Below, in pieces: positions 33,280 to 43,325 of a DNA stretch of 64,000 nt (the stretch's first letter is position 1; every line of letters starts with the position of its first letter). The notes under the pieces are model-generated. The model was not told where the DNA came from. It ran no database searches and saw nothing but the letters and a program-made list of their open reading frames with translations. Source of the DNA: an uncultured delta proteobacterium (GTDB lineage: Bacteria > Myxococcota > Kuafuiibacteriia > Kuafuiibacteriales > Kuafuiibacteriaceae); NCBI GenBank assembly GCA_963803435.1, contig CAWDML010000009.1:1088001-1152000 (forward strand), in the 5' to 3' direction. A program made the position numbers and the translations under genes.

Positions 33280-34559
33280 GTGGATTCGAGACTGTCACCG
33301 CGCGTCCTACTCGCGCTCACCGCCAGCCTCACCGCCTGCAAGAGCGTCGACCACGTGCGCTGGCTCGCCGAGAACACGATCCCGCTCCGCACGATCGTGC
33401 CTGAGGACGGAGAAGATCTCGGAGATCTCGAGCCGCTGCGGGGGATGATCGGCGACGCCCGCGTGGTCCTGCTCGGCGAGCCGAGCCACGTGGACGGCGG
33501 CGCGATCGAGGCGAACACACGCATCGTCAAGTTCCTCCACGAGCGCATGGGCTTCGACGTGTTCGCCCTCGAGTCCGACTTCTACGGCTGTTTCAAGGTG
33601 CAACAGAGGTTGCAAAAGGGTGACACCGAGCTCGCCACCTTCCAGCAGTGCGCGTTCGCCGTCTGGGGGAACAGCCGGGCTGCGCTGCCGCTCTGGCGCT
33701 ACCTGGGCGCCTCGGCGGCGTCCGAGCGTCCGATCGAGCTCCTCGGCTTCGACTGCCAGCCGTCCAGCAAGGCGGCCACGAAGAACCTGGTCACGGACCT
33801 CGATCGGGTGCTCACGCTCGTCGACCCGCCGCTCCTCGACGAGGACACCCGAGCCCGCGTCTACGAGGCGATCGCGCGCCTCTCGACCTACGTGGCCCGA
33901 GCTCACGAGAAGCAGCGCGAGGGGGATTGGCAGGCGATTGGCGCGCTCGCCCGCGCCCTGGCGTCACCGAAGCTCGACGGCAAGCTGCCCGTCGAGGAGC
34001 GCGCGATGTTTCACCAGCTCGGCGCCAGCCTGGTGGCCGACGAGGCCTCGGAGTGGCTGTACCAGCTGGAGCCGCCGCCGACCGGAGACTACTTCCGGAG
34101 CTTCAACGCCCGCGACGCGCAGATGGCGGACAACCTCCTGTGGTGGATCAACCGGCGCCCCGGACGAAAGATCATCGTCTGGGCCGCCGCCGGTCACCTC
34201 GCGCGTGGCGGCGAGCTCCTGCGTCTGCACGATCCGGAGAGCGGCCACGTCTTCATGCCGATGGGTCAGGTGGTCGCGGAGCGGCTCCAGGAGCCAGCGC
34301 CCGTGATCGCGTTCTTCGCCTATCAGGGCACGCAGGGCCGGCCCGAGCACCCCCCGCAACCGAGCCCGCCGGCGCCTGAGGGGACGCTCGAGGCGCTGCT
34401 GGTCCATGCGGGGTCGAGCGCGGCATCCTCGACCTGCGGGCCGCGGATTGGCTCGCCATGCCGATGCCGACGACGTTCGGCGGCCGGGTGTTCTCGCTCC
34501 CGAAGGTGATCGACATCGCCGTCTTCAGCAAGACGTCGCACGCGAACGAGGGTCTCTGA
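33280..34559 (+). CDS. Erythromycin esterase family lipoprotein (frameshift at G-run 34410-34413)
   Basis: LTAC lipobox; RVVLLGEPSH, GFDVFALES, GFDCQ, RDAQMADNL, IIVWAA..H; adding one G gives HAGVERGILDLR..ANEGL stop at 34559. Confidence 0.8.
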
Positions 34560-36269
34560 TCAAAGCCCGAACAGCCCCTTCTTCTTCTGCTTGCTCTTCC
34601 GCATGCCGGCGAGGCGGACCTCGCGCGTCGCGTCCTGATGGTTCGGATCGTACTCGAGCACCTTCTCGAAGTACTTCACGGCGAGATCCACCTTGCCGAG
34701 CGCCTTGTTGAGGTGGCCGAGGAAGAGATAGCCCGACGCGATGTTCGCGTCGTTCTTCATGATCGTCATGATCTTCCGCGTCGCCGCCTCACCCGCAGCC
34801 GTGGCGTCGCTCCCCTGCATCTTGGTCTCCAGCAGGTAGTCGACGTAGGCCGCGTAGATGCGGAACTCCTTGTCGTCCGGGTTGAGCGCGATCGCCTGGC
34901 GGAGGTGCTCGCTGGCCTCGTCGTACTTGCGCACCTTCACCAGGATCTCGGCCTTCTTGAAGAGCGTCTCGGCGTGGAGCGTGTTCTGCACGCGGACCAG
35001 ATCGTCGGTGCCACCGGTCTCTCCGCGGTCGACCATCTGCTGGTACTCGAAGCGTTGATCCTCGGTCTCGATGGCTTGGAAGGCCTGGCTGATGAACGCG
35101 AAGACCTCGCGGCGGGCGTTCTTGAGCTGCTCGTGCGCCTGGGGCCTCAGCGTGTCGGGGTGGTATCGCTTCGCGAGGTCGGTGTACCGGGTGCGGACGT
35201 CCTCGTCGCTGCTCTTCTGCGTGATCTGGAAGAGATCGAGGTAGTCCTTCCGCCGCATCTCCTCGAGCGCTCGCTTGAGCTCCTCGGCCTCGACCACCTC
35301 GCGCCTGCTCTCCGCGTCCTCTCCGAACACGACGAAGCCGCACTCGGAGGCGAACCAGACGGCCCGCAGGACGGAGAGCCCGCGCTCCTCGGAGTCGTCG
35401 ATCTCCTCGTGCAGCTGAGAGAGCGTCTTCACGCCGTTGACGGTGTTGAGCGTGCGGAGCTCCTTGGGCTTTAGCTTCATCGCTTCGATGGTGGCGCCCT
35501 CGACCTGCGACAGGATCACCGGGCAGCCTCTCCTCTCCTCGAGGAACGCGAGGAGCAGGTCGCGGCCGAGGCCGGCGCGGACCATGTCGAGCAGAATGCC
35601 GAGGCGGTCGAACCCGAGGGGCACGGCGGGGTTCGGAACCTCGGAGGCCTCGAAGCTGCGATTGAAGGCGCGCGTGAGCGCACGACCCAGCGTGAGCTTC
35701 GCCCACGCGATCAGCTTCTCGAAGTAGACGTGCGGCTGCACCACGCCGAGCGAGATCAGCGCGCCGCCCAGGTCCCCGCCCATCTCGGGCGCCCGCTGCA
35801 GCCCGCGCTCGATGGCCGCCTCGTCGCAGACCGACTCCTTCTGGAGGTAGGCGGCCAGCGAGAGGCCCTCGATGGTGGTTTCGACCCCGACGATCTTTCC
35901 ATCTTTGTATGTGAGGGTGAGATCGCCTTCGGCGGAGGTCAGCTTCAGGTGACCGCTGACCTGGCCGATCGCGTTCTTGAGGAGCTGGCGCAGCAGCGGG
36001 CCGCCCTCCGCGTCGATCGGCAGGACCGCCGCGGGGGCCGGGGCGCTCCAGACGTCCTCGCCCCGGTTGAGCCGATCCTTGACGCCCTCGACGTGCGTGT
36101 AGAGCTCAGGCCACTGCGACAGCGCGAGGAAGGCGTCGCCGTCCTCGGAGATGGGTGTGGAGGCGTCGACCACGCGCGCGTCGTACAGGACCTCGATCGC
36201 CTTGAGCGGGAGCGGACCGACGGCCTCGCCCTCGACGTGTCTCAGAAACAGCTCCGCCGGGAGGGCCAC
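34560..36269 (-). CDS. DnaJ-domain / TPR protein with GYF-like N-terminus
   Basis: J-domain YTDLAKRYHPD; TPRs (LRQAIALNP, YFEKVLEYDP); start uncertain. Confidence 0.85.
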   Translation of the reverse strand: MALPAELFLRHVEGEAVGPLPLKAIEVLYDARVVDASTPISEDGDAFLALSQWPELYTHVEGVKDRLNRGEDVWSAPAPAAVLPIDAEGGPLLRQLLKNAIGQVSGHLKLTSAEGDLTLTYKDGKIVGVETTIEGLSLAAYLQKESVCDEAAIERGLQRAPEMGGDLGGALISLGVVQPHVYFEKLIAWAKLTLGRALTRAFNRSFEASEVPNPAVPLGFDRLGILLDMVRAGLGRDLLLAFLEERRGCPVILSQVEGATIEAMKLKPKELRTLNTVNGVKTLSQLHEEIDDSEERGLSVLRAVWFASECGFVVFGEDAESRREVVEAEELKRALEEMRRKDYLDLFQITQKSSDEDVRTRYTDLAKRYHPDTLRPQAHEQLKNARREVFAFISQAFQAIETEDQRFEYQQMVDRGETGGTDDLVRVQNTLHAETLFKKAEILVKVRKYDEASEHLRQAIALNPDDKEFRIYAAYVDYLLETKMQGSDATAAGEAATRKIMTIMKNDANIASGYLFLGHLNKALGKVDLAVKYFEKVLEYDPNHQDATREVRLAGMRKSKQKKKGLFGL

Positions 36270-36406
36270 CGGGGCGAATGATAAGGGATCTCCGTTCGAC
36301 GCCCGAGGCCTCCTCTGAAATCGATCACACGTTGAATTTTTCTCCATCAGCACGAGTCGATAGAGGCGTGCGCGTCTTTCCCCCCAACACCAGGAAAACC
36401 CGCAGG

Positions 36407-37201
36407 ATGGTCATGGGGATCGCGGTCTGGGCGGCCCTCTCGGTCAACGGGGCGGCCTCGGCCGACGAAAAGTCGGTCGTCGAGAAGCTCGAGCACGGTG
36501 AGGTCAACTGGACCGAGAAGACGGTCCTCGCCACCGGGAGCGGCGCGCCGAACCTCAAGCTGGCCAACGTCGCCCAGGTCCGGCTGGCCGCCGAGCGCGC
36601 GGCGAAGATCGACGCCTATCGCAACATTCTCGAGACGCTCAAGGGCGTGAAGGTCACCGCGCACACCTCGGGCGGCGATCAGCTCGAGAACAACCAGATC
36701 AAGACCCAGGTCGAGGGCATCATCCGCGGCTGTAAGACCGTCGACACCCGCTACTACTCGGACGGCGGCGTGGACGTCGTCCTCAAGTGCGCACTCGACG
36801 GCGGGCTGTCCACCGTCCTCGCGCCGGTGAAGGAGCACAAGGACGTCAACACCACCGGCGAGACCAAATACTCCGGTCTGATCATCGATGCGGTCGGGAT
36901 CCGAGCCCAGCCCGCGCTCGCCCCCAAGGTCGTCACACCCGACGGGCAGGAGGTCTACTCGCGATCGATGGTGAATCCGAACGAGCTCCGCCTGCACGGC
37001 GCGGCCAGCTACACGCGCACGCTGGACGACGCCAAGCAGAACGAGCGCGTCGGAATGAACCCGTTGATCGTGAAGGCCACCGGTGTCGGAGACGTCGCGA
37101 GCGATGTCCAGATCTCGGCGGACGACGCGCAGAAGCTGAAGGCGCAGAACCTGACGTTTCTCGCCGAGGCGCGGGTCGTAATCGCGACGGACGGCCCCTA
37201 G
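36407..37201 (+). CDS. Exported LPP20-like protein
   Basis: Signal peptide; GEVNW..ATGSG..AERAAKIDAYRNILE.LKGVKV; YSGLIIDA, RVGMNPL. Confidence 0.7.
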   Translation: MVMGIAVWAALSVNGAASADEKSVVEKLEHGEVNWTEKTVLATGSGAPNLKLANVAQVRLAAERAAKIDAYRNILETLKGVKVTAHTSGGDQLENNQIKTQVEGIIRGCKTVDTRYYSDGGVDVVLKCALDGGLSTVLAPVKEHKDVNTTGETKYSGLIIDAVGIRAQPALAPKVVTPDGQEVYSRSMVNPNELRLHGAASYTRTLDDAKQNERVGMNPLIVKATGVGDVASDVQISADDAQKLKAQNLTFLAEARVVIATDGP

Positions 37202-37221
37202 GAAGGCGCCGGGAGGAAGCG

Positions 37222-38382
37222 ATGAGGAAGCATGCGATTCTACTGACGTCCCTCGCCCTATTGGGGCCGGCGACCGCGCGTGCGGCGGAGGAGACGATCG
37301 AGGTCGAGGGCGTCGCCGCCGTCGTGAACGGCGACGTCGCCATCGCGCGGGACCGGGCCCTCGACGACGCCAAACGGAAGGCCGTCGAGCAGGTGGCGGG
37401 CGCCCAGATCTCGGCCGAGTCGATCACCGAGAACTTCCAGCTGGTGGAGGACAAGATCTATTCGCGGGCCGGCGGCTTCGTGAAGAACTACCAGATCGTC
37501 AACGAGCTCAAGGACTCGGACGGCGTCTATCGGGTGAAGATCAAGGCCACGGTCGACTCCAAGGCGATCGCCGACAACCTGGACCAGATCTTCCAGGAGA
37601 AGCCGCGCGTCATCGTCCTGGTGGCGGAGCAGAACGTGGGCTCCAAGGGCTTCAGCTACTGGTGGGGCAACTCGGGGTTCGTGTCCGACATGGACATCTT
37701 CCAGACGGCGCTGATCGGCCAGTGGCAGCCGAAGGGCTTCAAGTTCGTCGATCCCGCGCTGTTGCAGGACAAGTTGCAGGTGAAGGGTGCGATGCAGAAG
37801 GCGGGCCTCACGGACGCCGCGGTGGTGTCGATCGGCCGCGACGCCGACGCCGACATCGCGATCGTGGGCAAGGTCCTGGTCTCCGACGCCGGCAACGTCA
37901 TGGACGGCGTGAAGATGCACTCGTTCCACGCGGTCGGCACCATGCGGGTCCTCAACATCGACACCGGAGAGATCGTGACGGTCGCCGAGGACACGGGCGT
38001 GGCGCCCCACGTCGATCCCAACCTGGGCGGGCGGGCCGCCATCAAGGTGCTGGCGCAGAAGCTGGCGACCACGCTCGAGAGCAAGATGATGGCGAAGTGG
38101 ACCGAGGAGGCGTCGAGCGCCCGCGAGCTCGAGGTCGTCGCCAAGGGCGTCCAGAACAGCAAGATGATCACCGAGATCACCCGGGTCATCAAAGACGAGA
38201 TCCGCGGGGTCGAGTCGATCCGGCTGCGGCGCCGGCAGGGCGGCAACGCGTTCTTCACCGTGCGCGTGCGGGCCCGCGCCTCCGACTTCGGGCACGACCT
38301 CGAGCAGAAGAGCTTCTCCAACTTCAAGGTCGAGCTCCAGGACGTCACCCGCACCAAGGTGGTCCTCAGCCTCAATCGCTGA
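37222..38382 (+). CDS. Exported protein with flagellar assembly protein T (FlgT) N-terminal-like domain
   Basis: Signal peptide MRKHAILL..ARA; EVEGVA..ARDRALDDAKRKAVEQVAG..GFVKNY..YRVKIKATV. Confidence 0.72.
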   Translation: MRKHAILLTSLALLGPATARAAEETIEVEGVAAVVNGDVAIARDRALDDAKRKAVEQVAGAQISAESITENFQLVEDKIYSRAGGFVKNYQIVNELKDSDGVYRVKIKATVDSKAIADNLDQIFQEKPRVIVLVAEQNVGSKGFSYWWGNSGFVSDMDIFQTALIGQWQPKGFKFVDPALLQDKLQVKGAMQKAGLTDAAVVSIGRDADADIAIVGKVLVSDAGNVMDGVKMHSFHAVGTMRVLNIDTGEIVTVAEDTGVAPHVDPNLGGRAAIKVLAQKLATTLESKMMAKWTEEASSARELEVVAKGVQNSKMITEITRVIKDEIRGVESIRLRRRQGGNAFFTVRVRARASDFGHDLEQKSFSNFKVELQDVTRTKVVLSLNR

Positions 38383-38410
38383 GCGCCGGGGAGCCGCGAA
38401 GGAGTCGCCC

Positions 38411-39133
38411 ATGAAGTTCCGAACCCTCGCCCTGACGGCCCTCGCGACGTGCCTGCTCCTGGGCACGGCCCAGGCGGCGCCGGCGCGATTTCGCGTGACC
38501 GCGGTGATCGGGCAGGCCCAGGTCCTCCACGGCGCGAAGGGCGAGCCTGCGGACGCCGCCACCTGGAAGCCGCTCAGGAAGGGCGCGGCCCTCTCGATCG
38601 GCGACGCGGTCCGCACCCGCGAGAAGTCCCGCGTCGAGCTCACGCTCCTCGATGGTTCCCGCGTCCGGCTCGGGGCCGCCTCCAAGGTGACGCTCGGCGA
38701 GGGCCAGTTCAGCGGTCAGGATCGCAAGGTCAGCGTCACCCTGTGGGTCGGACGGCTGTGGGCGAAGGTGGCCAAGGAGCTCGGGGGCGACAGCAAGTTC
38801 GAGGTCGAGACGGCCAACGCCGTGGCGGGCGTGCGAGGGACCAGCTTCACCGTCGTCGCCAACCAGGACACCTCGGCGCTCGTACGGGTCTACAGCGGCA
38901 CCGTCGGTGTCAGAAAGAACGAGGGTCCAAACTTCAGGAATCGGCCGCGCACCGAGGTCCCCGGTCCGAGCCGGGTCGACCAGAAGCAGTGGGACGAGAT
39001 CGTCGCCACGCAGATGAAGCAGGTCGCGATCACCCAGCTCGGCCAGATCCTTCCGGCCGCCGACTTCGAAGATCAAGGTGAGGAGGCGGAGTGGGCCATG
39101 TGGAACCAGAACCTCGATGAGGCTGTACGCTGA
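38411..39133 (+). CDS. FecR-domain exported protein
   Basis: GDAVRT..SRVELTLLDGSRVRLG, FEVETANAVAGVRGTSF, VRVYSGTV. Confidence 0.85.
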   Translation: MKFRTLALTALATCLLLGTAQAAPARFRVTAVIGQAQVLHGAKGEPADAATWKPLRKGAALSIGDAVRTREKSRVELTLLDGSRVRLGAASKVTLGEGQFSGQDRKVSVTLWVGRLWAKVAKELGGDSKFEVETANAVAGVRGTSFTVVANQDTSALVRVYSGTVGVRKNEGPNFRNRPRTEVPGPSRVDQKQWDEIVATQMKQVAITQLGQILPAADFEDQGEEAEWAMWNQNLDEAVR

Positions 39134-39165
39134 CCGCGGCGCCTCCTAAACTCGTCTCAGGCCGT

Positions 39166-41148
39166 TTGCTCGATCAAAGCTTTCATCGGTTCGGACCCTT
39201 CATCATCATCCGAACCCTGGGCCGGGGAGGGATGGGCGAGGTCTTCGTCGCCCGCACCCCGTGGGATGAGAACCCTCTCGCAGCGGTGAAGCGGCTGCGG
39301 CCCGACGTGGCGCGGGTGCCGACGTTTGCCGAGCGTTTCGCCCACGAGGCCGAGCTCGCGGTGCGCCTCGGACACACGAACGTGGTCGGCACGCTCGACG
39401 TCGGCTCGGTGGAGGGTCAGCTCTATGTCGCCAGCCAACTGGTGCTGGGCAAGGACACCGGCCTCATCGCCGACCGCCTCCGGGAGCGGGGGCAGGGCGG
39501 CCCGGCGGCCGTCGGGATTCGACTCCTACTCGACACGCTCGCCGGTCTGGCCTACGTGCACGGCGCGCGCGAGCCGAACGGGGAGCCGCTCCGGCTGGTG
39601 CACCGGGACGTCACGCCGGGGAACGTGCTCGTCGGCTACGACGGCGCGTCGCGACTGGCGGACTTCGGGCTCGCCAAGTCGCTCCTGACGGAGCGCAGCC
39701 ACCTGACGAACCATGGCGAGATCCTGGGGACGCCCCACTATCTGGCGCCCGAGGTGATCCGGGGCGATCAGGCCTCGCCGGTGTCCGATCTCTACGGGGT
39801 CGGTGCGGTCATGTACCGGTTCCTCACCGGCGTGGCGCCGCATCAGGGCACCACGGCCGAGGTGCTCCTCAAGGTGCTGTCCGAGGAGCCGCGGCCGCTG
39901 TCGGACCTGAGGCCCGATCTCCCGCCGTGGCTGGTGGTGTTCGTGCACCGGCTGCTGGAGAAGGATCCCGCGCGAAGGCCCATGGACGCGTCCGTCCTGC
40001 ACAAGCAGCTCATCGACGATGCCAAGGCGGCGGGCCTGCTGGTGCCGAAGACCGCGGTCGGCCGCTGGCTCGGTTCGCTGTTCGAGGAGGAGAAGCGCGA
40101 GGAGCTCGAGGAGTACGAGCAGGTCGCCGCCATGCATCCCGACGACGTCCCCGAAGAGCCGGAGGGGACGGTGGTGCTGGCCCGGCCGCGGGCCGGATTG
40201 AAGCTGGAGGCACCGCCGTCCATCGAGCAGGAGTTCCAGGACTCGCAGGGGACGGAGCTCGAGCTCTCGGAGGCGGTCATCCGCAGCTTCACGACGGAGG
40301 GACGGGCCAGCGACGTCACGCAGGCCGCCCTCGCGATCCAGGACCCCGAGCTCGACGACGATCCGGAGGCCGTGCTCACGAAGGCGGTCACCGTGTTCAA
40401 GACCGCGCTCGACGACGAGGGCACGCCGTCGAGCCCCGACGTGCTCGATACCGACACCCACGACGGCGACTCGGAGGAGGCGACCAAGTTCGGCTCCTTC
40501 GTGGCATCGGGATCGGGCGCGCGGCCTTCGCTGCCCGGCTTCGTCGACGGCGGTGGCTCCACCGACGGCGACGCCGACACCTCACCCCCACCGCGCCGGC
40601 GGCCCAAGAACCCCGGGTCCGTGATCGTGAGCCCGGCGCCCGTGGCGGCGAAGCCCAAGCCGGCGGAGGTTCGCTCCGATCCCCCGGTCCGGGCGCGCGC
40701 CACCCCGATCGCCCAGGATCGGCCCCACGCCCGGGCCCAGACGCCCGGGCGCGCCCGGCCCAGCCGGCCGAAGTCGCCCCCGCAGCGCGCGGCGCCCCCG
40801 CGTCGCCGCAGCAGCTCGGCGTCGATGACGCGCAACCTGCTCCTATTGACCGGTCTGCTCTGCATCGCGGTGGCCCTCGGGATCGGGATCGGGGTGCTGG
40901 TGGCCTCGCTCAAGCAGGCCCCCCACCCGGCGCCCGCCGTCCGTCTCTCGCTGGAGCCCCGCATCACCCACCTGGAGAAGGAGATCGAAGGGCGATCGAA
41001 CCGGGGTGAGGCGGTGCCGGAGGAGGCGTGGAAGCTGATCGCGAACGCCCGCGCCGCGCTGATGGAGGGCAACGAGACCGCTGCCACGCAGCGGATCGAT
41101 GAGGCCGAGCGTCTGGTGAGCGCGGCCGCGAACACCGCGCAGCGCTGA
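39166..41148 (+). CDS. Ser/Thr protein kinase with C-terminal TM
   Basis: LGRGGMGEVF, AVKR, HRDVTPGN, DFG, GTPHYLAPE; TM near the C-terminus. Confidence 0.93.
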   Translation: MLDQSFHRFGPFIIIRTLGRGGMGEVFVARTPWDENPLAAVKRLRPDVARVPTFAERFAHEAELAVRLGHTNVVGTLDVGSVEGQLYVASQLVLGKDTGLIADRLRERGQGGPAAVGIRLLLDTLAGLAYVHGAREPNGEPLRLVHRDVTPGNVLVGYDGASRLADFGLAKSLLTERSHLTNHGEILGTPHYLAPEVIRGDQASPVSDLYGVGAVMYRFLTGVAPHQGTTAEVLLKVLSEEPRPLSDLRPDLPPWLVVFVHRLLEKDPARRPMDASVLHKQLIDDAKAAGLLVPKTAVGRWLGSLFEEEKREELEEYEQVAAMHPDDVPEEPEGTVVLARPRAGLKLEAPPSIEQEFQDSQGTELELSEAVIRSFTTEGRASDVTQAALAIQDPELDDDPEAVLTKAVTVFKTALDDEGTPSSPDVLDTDTHDGDSEEATKFGSFVASGSGARPSLPGFVDGGGSTDGDADTSPPPRRRPKNPGSVIVSPAPVAAKPKPAEVRSDPPVRARATPIAQDRPHARAQTPGRARPSRPKSPPQRAAPPRRRSSSASMTRNLLLLTGLLCIAVALGIGIGVLVASLKQAPHPAPAVRLSLEPRITHLEKEIEGRSNRGEAVPEEAWKLIANARAALMEGNETAATQRIDEAERLVSAAANTAQR

Positions 41149-41153
41149 CGAGA

Positions 41154-43316
41154 TCAGGGCGTGAACTTGCTGCGCCGTCCGTCGTGACGGAAGCTGGCCC
41201 AGCCGCTCTCGCTCATCCGTCCACCGTTGGTCTTGACCCCGATGATCCGCCGGCTCTGCTCGTTGATGAGGAGAATGCCGTCGTCGCGCAAGAGGGGCAC
41301 GCTCCCCGTGAACGCGCTCTCGACCGTGGAGGTCAGCGTCCATCGGATCGAGCCGTCGGGATTGATCGCCCAGAACTGACTGCCATAGCCGACGTAGGAG
41401 ATGCCGTCGTCGGCGACGGTGGGGTACGGATCGTCGCGATCCTCGTGGCGGGTCTCGTAGAAGTCGCCCGGGAACACGTACGGCAGCGGCGTGGAGCGCA
41501 CGAGATCGCCGGCCGCGTTCAGCTCCACCCAGTCGAGGCCGACGGCGACCGCGCCGTCTTCGCTCGAGCGCATCATCATGACGAAGATACGACCGTCGGC
41601 GCTGATCACCGGATCGGTGCGTGGCACGTACGTGAAGTCGAACTGCGCCGGGAAGTCGAACACGTGGGTGCCGTTGAGGATCTCCACGCCGATCAGCTGA
41701 TACTGCGTTCGGATCACGCCGAGGTTGAGCCCCGTGTGGAGCGACATCTCGTCCGACACGAAGTCCGTCGGCGTCGACCAGACGGTGGCGCCGGTGTTGA
41801 AGTCGAGCGCACCGAAACGGCCGAGGGCCCAGAAGAGCACGCGCGGACCGGCCACCCCCAGGAACTCCGCCCAATCGCCGGAGGTCCGCTCGTGCCGCCA
41901 CAGGATGTTGCCGGTGGCGTCCTCCCGGACCACCACCAGGTTCTGCATGGGCTCCTCCTCGGGCGGGATGGCCTCGTTGAGCGGCCAGACGATCCCGTAG
42001 ATGTGCGAGCCGTCGGGCAACAGCGAGCGCCCGGTCTCGGCGCCGAGATCCTCGATCCGTGACAGCACCGGCACACCGGTTCGATCGAGCACGTACATGG
42101 TGGTCTCGGGTCGATAGCCGTCGTCGGGGAGCTGCCGCACCGCGACCACCACGCGGAGGACATTCGCCGGATCGAGCTGCATCTCGCGGCGGACGTTGCG
42201 GACCAGCACGTGTGAGTCGGGCGGACGGTACGCGAACTCGTAGATGGGCGTGCCGCACTGGTTGAACGCGAAGATGACGTGCGTCAGGCCGGGCGCAGGC
42301 TCGGAGAGGTTCAGGTGGTCGAGCCCGAAGAAGGTCCCGTTCTCGCCGAGGCTCACCTCGCGCCGGTGGAGGAAGGCGCGGTCCTCCCAGGGCGTCAGGT
42401 GGTACTCGAAGACAATCTCGCCCTCGTGGGCGGCCGTGATCAGGGACGAGCCGGTGCAGACGCCGGCGAGGCAGGTGTCGTCGATCGTGCAGGAGTCGTT
42501 GTCGTCGCAGGGGCTGCCGTCCGGCTGGCCGTTGCCCACGCACGCGCCGGCGAGGCAGGCGTCCTGCGTCGTGCAGAGATCACCGTCCTCGCACGGGGTC
42601 CCGCTGGGGAGGTCCTCGTACTGGCAGCCCGCGGCGGCGCAGGCGTCGGCGGTGCACGGGTTGTGGTCGTCGCAGATGTCCGGGTTCTCTTTGTGGATGC
42701 ACTCGCCGTCGGTCTGACGGCAGAGATCCTCGGTGCACATGTTGTGATCGTCGCAGTCCTTCGACTCGCCCAGGCAGACGCCCTGCGAGCAGACGGCGTT
42801 GACCACACACTTGTCGGCGGGCGCGCAGGCCAGGCCGTCGGCGAAGGTGTGGACGCAGTCGTTGAGCGACGTGTCGAAGGCGTCGGTGGTGCAGATGTTC
42901 GCGTCGTCGCAGGGCGGCACCGGGACCGCGCGGAGGACGACCGGGATCCGCAGCTTCGGCTTGTTGGCGGCGTCCGAGACGATGACCAGGGTGGCCGTGT
43001 ATTCGCCGAGCGCGGTGGGCGTGGCCTCGATCAGGAGTACGTCCGAGGTGCTCGGCACCATCGACCGGCGCGGATTGTTGATGATGCGGAAGATCGAGTT
43101 GTCTTCGAGCTGGAAGTCGGAGATCCGCAGCATCACCTCGCCGACGCTGGCGATCGTGAAGGCGCCTTGGGCCCGCACGCCGATCGGGTACTCGCCCATG
43201 TCGAGGGCCAGCGGGACCACGTCGATCTTGGCCTCGAGCGCGACCACACCGGCGCCCTCGCAGTTGCATCCAACCCCGAGCGCGATCGACAGCAGTGTGA
43301 ACAACGTGCGCTTCAT
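41154..43316 (-). CDS. Lipoprotein: Ig-like domain, Cys-rich CDDxNxCTxDxC repeats, beta-propeller-like C-terminus
   Basis: LGVGC lipobox; six Cys repeats; PQQ-like motifs (GALDFNTGATVWST, WAINPDGSIRW); ends GWASFRHDGRRS. Confidence 0.8.
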   Translation of the reverse strand: MKRTLFTLLSIALGVGCNCEGAGVVALEAKIDVVPLALDMGEYPIGVRAQGAFTIASVGEVMLRISDFQLEDNSIFRIINNPRRSMVPSTSDVLLIEATPTALGEYTATLVIVSDAANKPKLRIPVVLRAVPVPPCDDANICTTDAFDTSLNDCVHTFADGLACAPADKCVVNAVCSQGVCLGESKDCDDHNMCTEDLCRQTDGECIHKENPDICDDHNPCTADACAAAGCQYEDLPSGTPCEDGDLCTTQDACLAGACVGNGQPDGSPCDDNDSCTIDDTCLAGVCTGSSLITAAHEGEIVFEYHLTPWEDRAFLHRREVSLGENGTFFGLDHLNLSEPAPGLTHVIFAFNQCGTPIYEFAYRPPDSHVLVRNVRREMQLDPANVLRVVVAVRQLPDDGYRPETTMYVLDRTGVPVLSRIEDLGAETGRSLLPDGSHIYGIVWPLNEAIPPEEEPMQNLVVVREDATGNILWRHERTSGDWAEFLGVAGPRVLFWALGRFGALDFNTGATVWSTPTDFVSDEMSLHTGLNLGVIRTQYQLIGVEILNGTHVFDFPAQFDFTYVPRTDPVISADGRIFVMMMRSSEDGAVAVGLDWVELNAAGDLVRSTPLPYVFPGDFYETRHEDRDDPYPTVADDGISYVGYGSQFWAINPDGSIRWTLTSTVESAFTGSVPLLRDDGILLINEQSRRIIGVKTNGGRMSESGWASFRHDGRRSKFTP

Positions 43317-43325
43317 CGGCGATCC

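Noticed and set aside
33280-34559. Acquired macrolide resistance gene
   Set aside because: The erythromycin esterase family is broad; this copy has a lipobox, host-like composition and no mobile context.
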